Below are positions 1-13,183 of a stretch of DNA of 64,000 nucleotides, piece by piece. The DNA comes from Chiloscyllium plagiosum (taxonomy: Eukaryota). The notes beneath the pieces were generated by a model, which was not told the DNA's origin, did no database searches, and was given only the letters and a program-made list of their open reading frames with translations. The translations under genes and the position numbers were made by a program. How positions within the stretch are numbered: position 1 is the stretch's first letter; each line of letters begins with the position of its first letter. Where the stretch lies: NCBI RefSeq assembly GCF_004010195.1, contig NC_057718.1:28744277-28808276 (forward strand). Direction: 5' to 3'.

Positions 1-30
1 CACGTTTTTGTAATAGCTAAGATATACTTT

Positions 31-340
31 GGTGGCTCAGTGGTTAGCACTGCTGCCTCACAGCATCAGGGACTTGGGTTCGATTCCAGCCTCGGGTGAC
101 TGTCTTGGAGTTTGTGCATTCTCGCTGTGTCTGCGTGGGTTTCCTCTGGGTGCTCCAGTTTCCTCCCACAGTCTAAAGATGTGCAGGTCAGGTGAATTGG
201 CTGTGCTGAATTGCCCATAGTGTTAGGCGCAGTAGTCAGGGATAAAATGTAGGGGAATGGGTCTGGGAGGGTTACTCTTCAGAGGGTCAGTGTGGACTTG
301 TTGGGCTGAAGGGCCTGTTTCCATACTAATCTAATCTATA
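31..340 (+). mobile_element. HE1-like tRNA-derived SINE (V-SINE superfamily)
   Basis: A box TGGCTCAGTGG and B box GGTTCGATTCC; V-domain-like TGGAGTTTGTGCATTCTC...GCGTGGGTTTCC; CR1/HER1-type tail GGGCTGAAGGGCCTGTTTCC followed by (AATCT)n. Confidence 0.9.
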
Positions 341-479
341 CCAGTTCCATGTTCCCAACCATACCCTGTGATCATCTGTCAGACCTCTTACATTGAAATA
401 AATGCAGCTTAATTTATCAGTCATGACTATTTGACTTGCTCCTCTTCTCAACTGCACCAGCCTCAGACTTATCTCCTAT

Positions 480-1065
480 CCCACTATCTCTTTGGGCCCC
501 CTCCCACTTAATACTTTAAAGCCTCCCAAGTAGCACTGGCAAATTTCCCTGCCAGAATATAGTCCCCTTCCAATTCAGATGCAACCGGTCTTTTTATACA
601 GGTCACTTCTACCCTAGAAGAGATTCCAATGATCCAAAAATGTGAATCCCTGCTGCTTGGGCCAGCTCCTCAGCCACACATTCATCTGCTCTATCCTCCT
701 ATTCCCACTCTCACCAGCACGTAGCACCAGGAACAATCCAGCTGTGACTTTTTAACCTCCTGCCTTATTTCCCATATGCTGTCTTGAGAATCTCGTTCCT
801 TTCTCTTTCTATGTTGTTGTTACCAAAATGTACAAGGATCTCCTGCTGATCACGCTCCCCTTTGAGATTATTCTGCACCCTGTCCAAGACATTCTTGACT
901 CTGGTAAACACCATTCTGATGTTTTGCTGTTGGCAACAGAAATGTCTAGCTGGGCCCCTGACTAGAGAGTCCCCTATCAAAATCGATTCCTGGACCCTGA
1001 CATAGCCTTCATTACAGTAGAACTAGTTTTGGTATTAGAAATCTGGCTGCCAGTGTTACATTCCA
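480..1065 (-). mobile_element. CR1 LINE ORF1 remnant (GDSL/SGNH esterase domain)
   Basis: ORF 765..980 reads IGDSLVRG...EILVHFGNNNI, the esterase blocks typical of CR1 ORF1p; deleted and frameshifted. Confidence 0.8.
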
Positions 1066-1094
1066 ACACGTTGTACTTTGCCTAATTAACTAAG

Positions 1095-1435
1095 TAGCCT
1101 AATGTGTGGTACCTTATCAAGCATCTTCTAAAAATCCAAATAAACTTCATTTACTGCTTCCCCTTTACCTATACTGCTTGTTACCTCCTCAAAAAATTTT
1201 AATGCATTTGTCAGCCATGATTTTCCTTTCATGAAGCCATGCTAACTATGCTTGATCATATTATGCATTTCTAAATGCTCGGTTATTACATTGTTTCTAA
1301 CTGACTCTAACATTTTCCCAATAACAGACATTAAGCTAACTACTTATAGTTAACTTTTTTTTTATCTTCTTCCCTTTTTAAATGATAGTGCTGTATTTGT
1401 AGTCTTTCAATCCTCTTGGACTTCTCAAAAATCTA
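1095..1435 (-). mobile_element. Decayed CR1 ORF2 (RT) fragment
   Basis: Minus strand retains HGFMKGKS and YLDF..LDKVPH-like motifs. Confidence 0.8.
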
Positions 1436-1479
1436 TGGTGAGGAACTCACGTTGTATCTGCCAAATGCCTGTCCAACAT

Positions 1480-1805
1480 CGACAAGGCAAAAGCCAAGAG
1501 GAGTGTGATGGAATACTCTTCACTTACTTAGATGAGAGCAGTTACTACAGTACTCAAGAAACTCAATACCATCCATTACTAAACAGTTCACTTCATTGGT
1601 AGTCCATCTAACACGTTTAATATTCATTCAACCTGCTACTTGCTCGTCGTGGCAACAGTGCATGCAATCTCCAAGCACTACCAGCGTCCTTCAATAACAT
1701 CTTTCAACTCATGGCCTTGAAGACCAAAAGCAGCAGATGTCTGAGAACAGCAGACCATATAAGCCATGTACTATCCTGACTTGGAACAACATCAGCATTC
1801 TTTCA
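1480..1805 (+). mobile_element. Old CR1-group LINE 3' fragment ('YKAQVRSVMEYSPLAW' family)
   Basis: Similar to the better-preserved copy at 40790-41760 (ACAAGGCA...GGAGTGTGATGGAATACTCT). Confidence 0.7.
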
Positions 1806-3253
1806 CTCTCACTCACCTTTGTAATGGCAAGCAATATTGACACATCAGTACAGCAAAGATGATGTCAGAGTTCAAAAGTTTTCTTGAGGGTGGTCTCTGA
1901 GATTTCCCCGGGATAATTTTTGATTATTAGATTAGATTATGAGCTCCTTTGATCTAAAGATTTATGTTAGAAACCAAATTGTTCTCAAAGCAGGCATTTG
2001 CAAACTCATTCTAAGCATCCATCAAAGAATACAAGAAATAACAGACTTGCTGCTGGGCAGTGAGTCAAAGATCCAGCAATAATTAAACAGTTTTCCTTCA
2101 TCCACCATCTTCTCCTGCCCACATATCCATCTGCTGCCCTTCTCCAGACAATTATATAATAGAAATCTCAAGGTCTTGAGGGTCGGGGCTGTTCTGCATC
2201 AACCGGATTCCAATGTTTTTCATGTGTTGAAACTACTTTAAAAATATTCATACATTGACAATCAACAAAAACTTGCACACAGGCACATCTACACATTTAA
2301 AGAAAAATCCAAAATTTAAAAAAAATGCACTTCCTCCACATTGTATTCATCCCCATACTTATGTTCTTTTCTATTTTAAACTTTACTTCCAAAACAATTT
2401 TTTGCCTTAATGGAAATTAAGAAGAAAATGGTCTGAAAAGGATTTACCATTTTTTTTTTTTGTTTGGTTATTGTCCTTTAGTAGTTTCTAAATTTGAATG
2501 CCAGCTTCAGGAGGAGGGTTTTAAAAGACAATATAAAGATTTTCTATAGAATTAGTTGGAACATCATAGATTTAAATCAATAAACTAATCAGTAAATGTG
2601 AAAGATGAGAAAAATTGCCTTATATTCAAAATCTCCCTCTCTCTCTCTCGCATCCTAAGTTGCCTCCTCACCCTCAATTCCCTTCTATCTCTCTGTCTGT
2701 CATTCAGTCGCTTATGCTTTCACTGACACTTTACCTGGACAGGAATTACCATAATTTTTGGCCCTTTTCTCTGTCTCTCTCTCTCTCTCCTGTTAATTCC
2801 ATGCTGATACCCCATCTCCTCCAATCACAGGTTCTCCCCCCACCCCTGCCTTTGCTACTCCTCCAAACTTCTGCCTGTAGAGGGGAAGCAGGAGAAGGAG
2901 AGTTGGAGCGTATGTTTGGAGCAGGTGGAGCAATACCATTAGAACTGATCTGTAATTAGAACATCAGATTCTTACAGATTCTGCCTCACAACTTTGTTTG
3001 CTGTTCCTCCATTTTATTTGAATGTTGTTTTCTTGCTATTGCACCTTCAGTGCATCAGAATCATTGCGAGAGAACATTCTTAAGAATGGGCGCAACACAC
3101 TCAAGAAAGGCTGACCATTCCTGAACCCTGTATTTACTTTTCCTGGTGCCATCACAGCAAATTTTCCACCTGCCCATGTTTAGTTGGAGCTCTAGACTGG
3201 TCAACGGATCAATATCCATATGTTGAATCAGGCTGCTAAAGACTTGCAGACAT

Positions 3254-3484
3254 TTACAAGTATTTTATTGTAAATCTGTAGTTTAGCACAAACATCAGTT
3301 TCCACCTTTTTCTACTAACCCTTTTCCTATCCAGGATGCCCACTCCCCACTGAGAAAGAATCCAGCTCTTTCCTTTTGGGTTTAAGTCCACCTGTTCAGC
3401 TGTGTTATGACACACTTTTGGTGCAGGTGGTACTTGAACCGAGACTTTTTGGCCCAAAGGTACTCTTATACCAACAAGACCCTC
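3254..3484 (-). mobile_element. tRNA-derived SINE, degenerate
   Basis: Minus strand begins GAGGGTCTTG..., has B box GGTTCAAGTACC and ends near AATAAA. Confidence 0.6.
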
Positions 3485-3494
3485 AAGAACCCAG

Positions 3495-4446
3495 TTTTTT
3501 TTTTAATTTTGAAAGACCTACCATCAAATCACTCAATTAACTAATTAACAAATAACACTTATTGCCCACCAGGGACAGTGACAAAGAATCTAGCTTGTTC
3601 TTTTTTATTCTAAACATTCATCAACAAATTACCTAATTAATTCATCACAAATAAAAAAAACACTGGTCACTTGGGGAAGTATCATGATAACAAAAAAACA
3701 AAAAGTGAAGGAAACAAGGGAGAGGATTAAATCAACATGGAATTGGTAGAGATATTATGCATCCCAATACCCTGGCGCTTTCCTCCCTCTAATGTTCTTT
3801 AGGATATTGGTAAAGAACCCAGTTTCTTTTACGCTTTTTTCACACAATGCCACAGGGGTAGAATTACAATAATAAAAAATAACCCACAAAAGATGGGGAA
3901 ATGAAGGAGGGAACTGAATCGAACCATTGGTGGAGGGGGAGATAATGCACTCCAGCCCCCACTGTGCTCACCTACGTTTAAAAGCTTGAGGGTATTGATG
4001 AATACTGCTTGGTCCCTCTCCAAGCATAGCCATTGAAGAGAGGTAGGCAGTTGGGAAATACCATCCTCTCCACAGTCAGCTTTTTAAAAATATGTCATCA
4101 CCAAATCACCCATGATACCAATTAAAATGCCAAGTTACAAGCATGGCTCACTAGGGGCAATGCAACAAAAACAAAAGGGAAGGGTAGGAAAAGAGGGAAG
4201 GACTAAATGAAAAAGGAGTTGGAGAAGGAAATAGTGCATCCATGCCCTCACGGTGTTCACCTTTCTTTAAATTCCTCAAGGGTATTTGTGCACACCACAT
4301 CTCTGACTCTAAGGACGCTGGCACAAACATAGTCTTGGAAGTGAGGCAGACAGTCAAGAACTATGATTCCCCACCTACTGTCTGTGATCAGGTGGTGTCT
4401 CCTTTAGTCATCTCAGGTGCAAGCACACAAGGAGGTCCACCAATGA
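3495..4446 (-). mobile_element. Three tandem Tx1-clade (L1 group) 3'-end fragments
   Basis: Units about 3495-3812, 3826-4075 and 4080-4446, each ending in an A tail on the minus strand. Units 2 and 3 encode ORF2 C-termini (NCLPLFNGY..LERDQAVFINTL..GLECIISPS; DLLVCL..DCLPHFQDYV..TNTLEEFKER..). Unit 1 is less certain. Confidence 0.75.
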
Positions 4447-4461
4447 AGAACCCACTTCTTT

Positions 4462-4590
4462 TCTCTTATAGAATGTGGATATTGCAGGCAGGGCTAACAT
4501 TTATCACATATCCCTAATTTCCCCTGCACCTTGGTGTTTTGCTAGGGGATTTTCAGAGGGCAGTTAAGAGTCAACCACATCACTATGGGG
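4462..4590 (-). mobile_element. 3' part of the SINE family seen at 62728-63053
   Basis: CAGTTAAGAGTCAACCACAT is the reverse complement of ATGTGATTGACTCTTAACTG in the 62.9-kb copy, with one mismatch. Confidence 0.75.
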
Positions 4591-4689
4591 AGTACCCAGT
4601 TCTTAAGTCCAAAGAACACCACCAGTTCACAGTCAACTGTGGAGCTATTTGACCCTTAAAAAAATCTACATATTGAACTCCAATATAGA

Positions 4690-5070
4690 CCATCTCCAAC
4701 AAGAGAGAAACTGACCATCTCCATTGATATTTCATGACACTACCATTGCTGAATTCTTCTTAACACCCATCACCATTGATAAGATACGGAACTGAAAGCA
4801 GCCATATAAATGTTGTAGCTATAAAGGCTGGTCAAAGGTTGGCAATTCTACAGAAAGTAATTCACTCCCAACTATTTAATCATTTCCAACATCCAAAAGG
4901 CACAAGTCAGGAGTGTGATAGAATACTCTCCACTTGCCTGGATTAGAGCAGCTCCAATCACATTTAAGAAGTTCAACACTGCCCAGGATAGCACAGACTG
5001 CTAAATTAGCATTATATTTACTACCTGCAGTGTTCACTTCTTCAATAAAAAAAGTATCCTGCAAAATCCA
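4690..5070 (+). mobile_element. Old CR1-group LINE fragment (YKAQVRS family)
   Basis: AAGGCACAAGTCAGGAGTGTGAT is shared with about 41247. Confidence 0.75.
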
Positions 5071-5318
5071 TAGATTACTTCATTAATGATTTCTACAGAT
5101 GAGTGGATCGATGTGACTATTAGGGTCTTAGTCAGAATTCAGAAGACTGAATTATTGTAGGCATTGCTGATGTAATCTTTGTTAGATTAATTACAGTCCA
5201 AAGAAGACCTGACTCTAGAGAAAGCCTTTCAGATGGCGAATAAAGCAGAGTTCTAGCAGAAACATGGATCAATCCTAAATGAAGAAGATCAAACTTGGTG
5301 CAGGTGATCTTTGGAATC

Positions 5319-5474
5319 ATAGAACATAGAACATAGAACACTACAGCGCAATACAGGCCCTTTGGCCCTCGATGATGCGTCGCCTTGTTATACTAATCTG
5401 AAACGCATCCCACCTACACTATTTCATGTACGTCCATATGTCTGTCCAATGACGACTTAAATGCATTTAAACTT
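5319..5474 (-). mobile_element. CR1/HER1 3' end (duplicate of 5631-5784)
   Basis: (ATAGAAC)n tail plus 3' UTR, nearly identical to the copy about 310 bp downstream. Confidence 0.9.
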
Positions 5475-5630
5475 AAAAGACCAAAGAATCACCCAGACCA
5501 AGAGGTAAATGAGGTAGAAGACAAACCCATGTGATTTGGGAGGATGTAAACTAGTTTGGCAGGGGGGTGGAAATCAGAGCACATCTCTGAGAGGGAATCA
5601 GTTACAGATGGGGCAGTGACAGGATGTATT

Positions 5631-6610
5631 AGAACATAGAACATAGAAGATTACAGCGCAGTACAGGCCCTTCAGCCCTTGATGATGCATCGCCTTGTTA
5701 TACCAATCTGAAACCCATCCCACCTACACTATTTCATGTACGTCCATATGCCTGTCCAATGACGACTTAAATGCACTTAAACTTGGCGAATCTACTACTG
5801 TTGCAGGCAAAGCATTCCATACCCTTACTACTCTCTGAGTAAAGAAACTATCTCTGACATCTGTCTTATACCTATCTCCCCTCACTTTATAGTTGTGTCC
5901 CCTCATGCTTGCCATCCCCATACTTGGAAAAAGGCTCTCCCTGTCCACCCTATCTACCCTCTGATTATCTTGTATGTCTCTATTAAGTCACCTCTCAACC
6001 TTCTTCTCTCTAACGAGAACAGCCTCAAGGCCCTCAGCCTTTCCTCGTAAGACATTCCTTCCATACCAGGTAACATCCTATTAAATCTCCTCTGCACCCT
6101 TTCCAAAGCTTCCACATCCTTCTTATAATGCGGTGACCAGAACTGTACACAATACTCCAAGTGCGGCCGCANNAGTGTATCACCTCATACTTGTCCACAT
6201 TAAACTCCATTTGCCATCTCTCAGCCCAGCTCTGCATCCTATCTATGTCTCTCTGCAACCTACTACATCCTTCGTCACTTTCCACAACTCCACCAACCTT
6301 AGTGTCGTCCGCAAATTTACTAACCCACCCTTCTAAGCCTCTTCCAGGTCATTTATATAAATGACGAACAGCAGTGGACCCAACACCGACCCTTGCGGTA
6401 TGCTGTTAGTAACTGGACACCAAGATGAACATGTTCCATCAACTACAACCCTCTGTTTTCTTTCAGCAAGCCAATTACTGATCCAAACTGCTATGTCTCC
6501 CACAATCCCATTCATCCGCATTTTGTATAATAGCCTACTGTGGGGAACCTTACTGAACGCCTTGCTGAAATCCATATACACTACATCAACTGGTTTACTC
6601 TCATCTACAT
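5631..6610 (-). mobile_element. 5'-truncated CR1/HER1 LINE
   Basis: RT motifs [38 protein letters not shown]; (CTATGTT)n tail; internal break at nn 6172. Confidence 0.95.
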
Positions 6611-6614
6611 ATTC

Positions 6615-8158
6615 ACATACAATTCTCAAAGTTCACAAACTCCAAAGGGCACACGTGATAAGCCAAAGCAGCAGGCAGGACAGACACCAGTTACTAAATG
6701 TCATGTTAATACTATGGAGCTAAGGAATCTCACAGACACAACAGTGCCTGACTATTAAAACTTAATGTTTTTACTGTAAATCAATAAGAAATATTTGGAA
6801 AGTGTGTCAAAGGAGGGCACAGCATCAGAAAGACAAAAGACCAAAGAATCACCCAGACCAAGAGGTAAATGAGGTAGATGAGACCCCCATCAAACATTGT
6901 GGCAAACTGACATTTATGTCAATGAGGATCTCACAAAATGTTAGTTAGACACAGAAACAAGTATCACAATGCAATCAGATAATAATCATTGGGTGACATA
7001 ATACTGGCTACAGCCAGCAGAGATTCAATGAAATATCCAAGGGGCATCACATGTAATGTTAAAGGTACACAGCAAGCAACTGTCCAATGTAGGGGACATC
7101 AAATGCTGGAAAACCTATATGTACCTCATGACCTGGAATTCTCACTTTTGAGTAGAAAGGCATGTATTGACCTCAATCTCATTCAAAAATTAGAAGATGC
7201 TAAACAACAAAGGATCAAGGAACAGCAGTCGAAACCTTTGTAGGAATCTGTTCAATCGTGGCAGAGCATAAACAAAAAGCAGAATACCCAGAGGTTAGAA
7301 ATTGTGTTATATCACCATGGGATGGGATATTGTGAATATACTGGTGTGCTATGGTGAAAACGTATCAACACTGAAGATAGTTCAGATTCTAAGTGCCAAC
7401 GAACTTCAAGAAGAAAGGCAAACAAAGAGGCAACAACTGAATAGTACACCACACATTAGGCAACAGAAGCATCCACAACTAAATTGAGTCAGATTGCAAT
7501 ACAGCAAAGTGAAAAGCTAGTCATTGCTAATCCAAGTCACACCAGTAGATACTGAGATAACTAAGAAGGAACAATTTCAAGTTGAATATCTAATCTCCCT
7601 ACTTTTCAAAGAAGAATTCCAAACAGTTATAATGAATAACATGTCAAGTAAGAAGGAATTTTCAGCTAGCACAACTGAGGAAATGAACAAGTGATTTTAC
7701 TTATAATTCAATCACTGAGCACGAATGAGAAAGTCTAAAGTAATCAACAAATTTAAGTAAAAAATGTACCTACTTCAGCACCAATCTACAGGTGGGACAC
7801 AACTTAAAGATTAGGTTAAAACAATTTTGTGGAAAACACCAAATAGAAAAGACAGAGCAACGTCTAAAGGTTAAGGATATTATGAAGAAAACATGCCTGC
7901 ACAACAGGCACAATATCCTCTGCAAAAGAAATACAAAATATTAAAGTTCCTCTAGTTCAGAAGAGATCCTTAGACATCACACCATCAAGAAGACAATCCA
8001 AGAAAACTATGAGTTAATTATCACTCTTCCTAGTTCCGGGGGGGGGGGGGGGGGTAGGAGGTGGGGAACGCAGAAACTTCTGGATAATCTGAATTTGTAA
8101 TGTCAAAAACTTGTGGGACATGCAGCAGAGGCAAATGTAATACATGTGTAACTATTAT
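6615..8158 (+). mobile_element. Highly decayed Gypsy (Mag-like) LTR retrotransposon internal remnant
   Basis: Protease-like LDTE..T and LYVPHDLEFSLLSRKACIDLNLI; pol-end-like ..DNLNL* near 8095, then a purine-rich run and TGTAAT. Confidence 0.55.
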
Positions 8159-8160
8159 TA

Positions 8161-8341
8161 GAGTCATAGAGATGTACAGCATTCAGTCCAACCCATCCAT
8201 GCCAACTAGATATCCCAACCCAATCTAGTCCCACCTGCCAGCACTCCACCCATATCCCTCCAAACCCTTCCTATTCATATACCCATCCAAACGCCTCTTA
8301 AATGTTGCAATTGTACCAGCCTCCACTGCTTCCTCTGGCAG
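8161..8341 (-). mobile_element. CR1 3' end
   Basis: GAGTCATAGAG tail and 3' UTR matching 27054-27234. Confidence 0.9.
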
Positions 8342-9149
8342 ATATATGAATTCAAAACAGCAAAGGCTGTAACTGTGCAGGTTCTCTCTCTCGCTCTCTC
8401 TCTCTCCTGCACTGTCCTCACCATATGCTTCCTGCGTCTGTTCTTCTCCCTTTTAAAATTGCAGCTGTTTTGACTTTTTTTTCAAACTTCCAAACAATAG
8501 AAATAATGTTTGGGTGAGATGTTGTTTATAGGCCTAGAAGAAGCTGAAGTAGTTGACATTTGATTAAGTACAACAAACACCATCCATTGTGATGATGTCT
8601 TAAGGAGCATATGTACAATTTTATGGGAGATAGACATAAGGCAAGGTCCACCAATAATCTTTGTAGTAATGCAGAACCTGTTCTTATAATTTATAAGTAG
8701 GTGTAGAAAAGCAATAAACTCCATTTTAGTTACTTTTTCTCATTAGACCAGGAGGTGGCTCTCTTTGCATACTCTACATTTTGTAAGTCCCTAAAGAACT
8801 CACAAGCCTACAAATATGGAGCACAACACACACATCAACCTGTGAGAATGACACTCTGTCTATCACCCTAAACATACATTCAGTCTGCCACTGATGCACA
8901 GCAGCAACAAGGTATACAATCTACAAGACAGATTGCTGCAACCCACCCAGGCGTGTATAAAAATGATCTGGGCTTGCATGCAGGAGAGAAAAAGAAACAT
9001 ATCAGTGAAACTGTATTGGTTATGTTCTCATATGGGATTATATTTTGAAGATTGTGGCTGATACAAAATTTAGCAACATAATACATTATTTTATTATTCT
9101 TTCACAGGAAGAGGTGTTACTAGCCAGACTAAAATTTATTGCCTTTCTT

Positions 9150-9300
9150 ATGGTCTAAATGTTGTAGCACATCCACAGTGCTGTTTGTCAGGGTATTGCA
9201 GGATTTCGATCCACCAAAAGTGCAAAAATAGCAACATAATACCAAAACAGAATGGTATGTGGCTTGAAGTGGATCTTGCAGGTGGTGGTGCTCCCATCCA
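9150..9300 (-). mobile_element. YKAQVRS-family LINE 3' UTR fragment
   Basis: GTGGCTTGAAGTGGATCTTGCAG is the reverse complement of about 41534-41556. Confidence 0.7.
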
Positions 9301-10664
9301 TTCATTGTATTCCAACACACTAAAGTTGACTAACGACAGGATCATTTGTGGGTCATGACCCCAAATGCTGACGTTAGAGTTTTCCCTGCCTTTGGATCCC
9401 TATTTAAGGGTGTGTGTGTGTGGAGGGGGAGAAATAGGCATTGATTCTGTTAATGATTCTAATTAATGGCACATAACATAGTTAAGAGTGGCTCACTAGC
9501 GCTTTGATATTTGATACTGCTGCCCCAGAAATGGAGAAGAGACATGTTGAGTCTTCTCCTTGGTCTTTCACTTTACCAGGAAGTATAATGGGTGGATCTG
9601 AGAGACTGCAGTGATATTACTACTGCCATGGATGGGAGGATGTGATAACCTCTCAAACCAAGCAAGCAAGGATAGAAATGAATGAGAAAATGAGAAACAG
9701 AAGTGTGCTCTCTCCAAAGAAATATTTACCAAGAGGGTGTAGGACTTTAGGAGGGCATGACAAATGAATAGCTTAAAACTTTCAGCCATCGAACTCTATA
9801 CTGACAGCATTGGCCTCACATACCCATGATTCACAGTCAACCTCCACAAATATTATCCCCTGTCCTTTTCAATTCAAACCATTGCAAAAGAGCTCTTACA
9901 TTATGCTTCTCTGCTTTTCATCCTTGCTAGAAGAGCACACAACTTGAAAAAAATGCAAACATCCATGAGGTTACCTTCTAGGAACAGGGACAATGTTTGA
10001 CATTGACAATGCTGCTCTGGAAAGGAAATCTTGTTCTTGGAAGCTACAGCTTTTAGCAGCAACCTAATCTCTGAAAGCAGATTTAATCCCTCGAGGGAGG
10101 AAACATTAAAATGTTGTTTACATTTGAAAAACTTGGCTGATGAACACAGTAAGGACTTCTGACAGTGAGTTCATAAAATTTTGAATTATGTTTTCAATGA
10201 CAAAGTTGACCACAGTGAGTTAAGATAGTAGTTAGACACAGGCTTAAAGACGATTAAAAAAATCAGAAGTGAAAATTGTTACTGCAATTCAAGGTATCAA
10301 AGCCCAAACAATGAAGTTCATGAAATCTTTATTATTTTGATGATTTGATGACAAATTTGAAGTTTTATTCAACAGCTAAGCTGTTTTATGGATTTTATTC
10401 ATTCAAATCCATACAAATCAGAGAAAGAAAGAATGCAAATCTGATCAAGTGGTGTCAAATTCAGAGCACAAATACTTCAGACACGGAAATAGTCAACAAT
10501 AATGTAACAATGTTACAAAGATCAATGATACAGTCAAAATATCATTGAATGGAATTGACTGAAGCCATTCGCAGAAAGTTCATATCTATACATCTTTGGA
10601 AAAGTTTCTGCTGTCAGGATATCTTGTTTCGTCTCTATGAAGACACCCAAGTGATAAAGGAAAA

Positions 10665-11975
10665 ACATATCCTAGGATTCTCTGGGAAGCAAGGGAGGAG
10701 ATTGCAGAGCCATTGGCCTTGATTTTTATGTCCTCGTTGTCTACAGGAGTAGTGCCGGAAGATTGGAGGCTAGCAAATGTGGTTCCCTTGTTCAAGAAGG
10801 GGAGTAGGGATAACCCTAGTAACTATAGGCCGGTGAGTCTCACTTCTGTTGTGGGCAAAGTCTTAGAGAGAATTGTAAGGGATAGGATTTATGAACATCT
10901 GGATAGGAATAATGTGATCAAGGATAGTCAGCATGGTTTTGTGAAGGGCAGGTCGTGCCTCACAAACCTTATGGAATTCTTTGAGAANNNNNNNNNNNNN
11001 NNNNNNNNNNNNNNNNNNNNNNNNNNNNNNNNNNNNNNNNNNNNNNNNNNNNNNNNNNNNNNNNNNNNNNNNNNNNNNNNNNNNNNNNNNNNNNNNNNNN
11101 NNNNNNNNNNNNNNNNNNNNNNNNNNNNNNNNNNNNNNNNNNNNNNNNNNNNNNNNNNNNNNNNNNNNNNNNNNNNNNNNNNNNNNNNNNNNNNNNNNNN
11201 NNNNNNNNNNNNNNNNNNNNNNNNNNNNNNNNNNNNNNNNNNNNNNNNNNNNNNNNNNNNNNNNNNNNNNNNNNNNNNNNNNNNNNNNNNNNNNNNNNNN
11301 NNNNNNNNNNNNNNNNNNNNNNNNNNNNNNNNNNNNNNNNNNNNNNNNNNNNNNNNNNNNNNNNNNNNNNNNNNNNNNNNNNNNNNNNNNNNNNNNNNNN
11401 NNNNNNNNNNNNNNNNNNNNNNNNNNNNNNNNNNNNNNNNNNNNNNNNNNNNNNNNNNNNNNNNNNNNNNNNNNNNNNNNNNNNNNNNNNNNNNNNNNNN
11501 NNNNNNNNNNNNNNNNNNNNNNNNNNNNNNNNNNNNNNNNNNNNNNNNNNNNNNNNNNNNNNNNNNNNNNNNNNNNNNNNNNNNNNNNNNNNNNNNNNNN
11601 NNNNNNNNNNNNNNNNNNNNNNNNNNNNNNNNNNNNNNNNNNNNNNNNNNNNNNNNNNNNNNNNNNNNNNNNNNNNNNNNNNNNNNNNNNNNNNNNNNNN
11701 NNNNNNNNNNNNNNNNNNNNNNNNNNNNNNNNNNNNNNNNNNNNNNNNNNNNNNNNNNNNNNNNNNNNNNNNNNNNNNNNNNNNNNNNNNTGAGTTCATG
11801 GAATGCCTTGCCAGTAGCAGTGGTGGACTCTCCTTCATTATGGGCATTTTAACGTGCATTGGATAGGCATATGGAGGATAGTGGGCTAGTGTAGGTTAGG
11901 TGGGCTTGGATCGGCGCAACATCGAGGGCCGAAGGGCCTGTACCGCGCTGTATTCTTCTATGTTCTATGTTCTAT
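10665..11975 (+). mobile_element. Young-looking CR1 LINE spanning an assembly gap
   Basis: Open frame VPEDWRLANVVPLFKKGSRDNPSNYRPVSLTS..QHGFVKGRSCLTNL; 3' UTR and (TATGTTC)n tail after the gap. Confidence 0.95.
10988..11790. other. Assembly gap
   Basis: Run of N. Confidence 1.
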
Positions 11976-12379
11976 AACTTACATTGAAGATAACAATTAA
12001 AATTGAAAAAACTTTAATAATTTTCAGTTTTAGTACTACAACAACCTTTCCATCAATACAGATTCAAAAATAATTTTAATTAACAAAGAATACAAGCAAC
12101 AAAGTGATTGTACTACAAAGAGATCAAAAGCTTAAAACAATCATTATGCAAATCAAAAGTTAATGTATAGCTTCAACTCCCTTTCAACAATTAAATAAAG
12201 CAACAAAATCCACCTATACCAATCTTTCCACCTGAAAAACTTAAGCTTCTCAAATTCATCTGCTGGATGAATACATATTGGCAAATGTAGAAAGTACAAT
12301 TCCTAAGGTTTTGAACATTCTCATCCAACGCTGAAGAATACTCCAACGCTGGAAGGGAACATGCTTCTTCACACGAAGA

Positions 12380-12735
12380 TCAGAGACCTAGGAAAACATA
12401 TATTACCATTCCAAAGTGGACATTAATCAGTAACCTAATATTGATTTAACAGAAGTTCCTTATACAAAGGATTTTTTTTAACTAGGTTTTAGCTAGATAC
12501 TGGTGCCAGTGTTACAGTTATCTTGGATGATACTCCATAGTTAGTCAAAATGAACATTTTATCATGTAATCTAAAGCTGCATGCAGCTGGTGGTACCATA
12601 ACTATAATTAAATGGATTTGCATATCAGACTGACTTTCAAAGTTCACACAAAGCATACATTGTTAGTAACAACCAATCTTCCCAATTGAATAAGAAGATT
12701 TGCTTTATCTCAAGCACCTACACAGACTACACAAA
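12380..12735 (+). mobile_element. Gypsy (Mag-like) aspartic protease remnant
   Basis: CTAGATACTGGTGCCAGTGTTACAGTTATC = LDTGASVTVI. Confidence 0.7.
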
Positions 12736-13183
12736 CACACTGGAAAAGCATCGAACAGCAAAAGTATCCCAAATTGTTAACGAAATTCAGCAGATTTGAC
12801 AGCATCTGTGGAGAGAAGACCATAAAACCATAAGATATATGCGCTGAATTAGGCCATTTGGCCCATTGAGTCTGCTCTGCCATTCGATCGTGGCTGATAT
12901 GTTTCTTAACATCATTTTCCTGCCTTCTTTCCATAATCCCTAATCCTCAGACTAATCAAGAACCTATGTAGATACTTTCAATGAGTTGGCCTCTACAGCC
13001 TGCTGTGGTAATTAGTTCCACATATTAACCACCCCCTGGCTAAATTAATTCCTCTTCATTGCAGTTTTGAACGGTTGTCCATTCTGTCTGAGACATGCCC
13101 CGGGTCCTCCTCACTCATACCAGTAGAAACATCTTGTCCACATCCACTCTATCCACGTTTCTCGGTATTCTGAAAATTTCAGT

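Noticed and set aside
31..110. tRNA genes at 31, 48945 and 62728
   Set aside because: The A and B boxes continue into SINE bodies and LINE-type tails
2615..2959. 114-aa ORF
   Set aside because: Low-complexity CT-rich sequence with no domain
8038..8065. Poly-G tract as a functional G-quadruplex (also near 45895)
   Set aside because: Homopolymer expansions inside dead repeats, prone to sequencing error
10969..11859. Long ORFs here and at about 27.1-27.5, 44.2-44.9 and 54.1-55.0 kb
   Set aside because: They are open only because they run through N gaps
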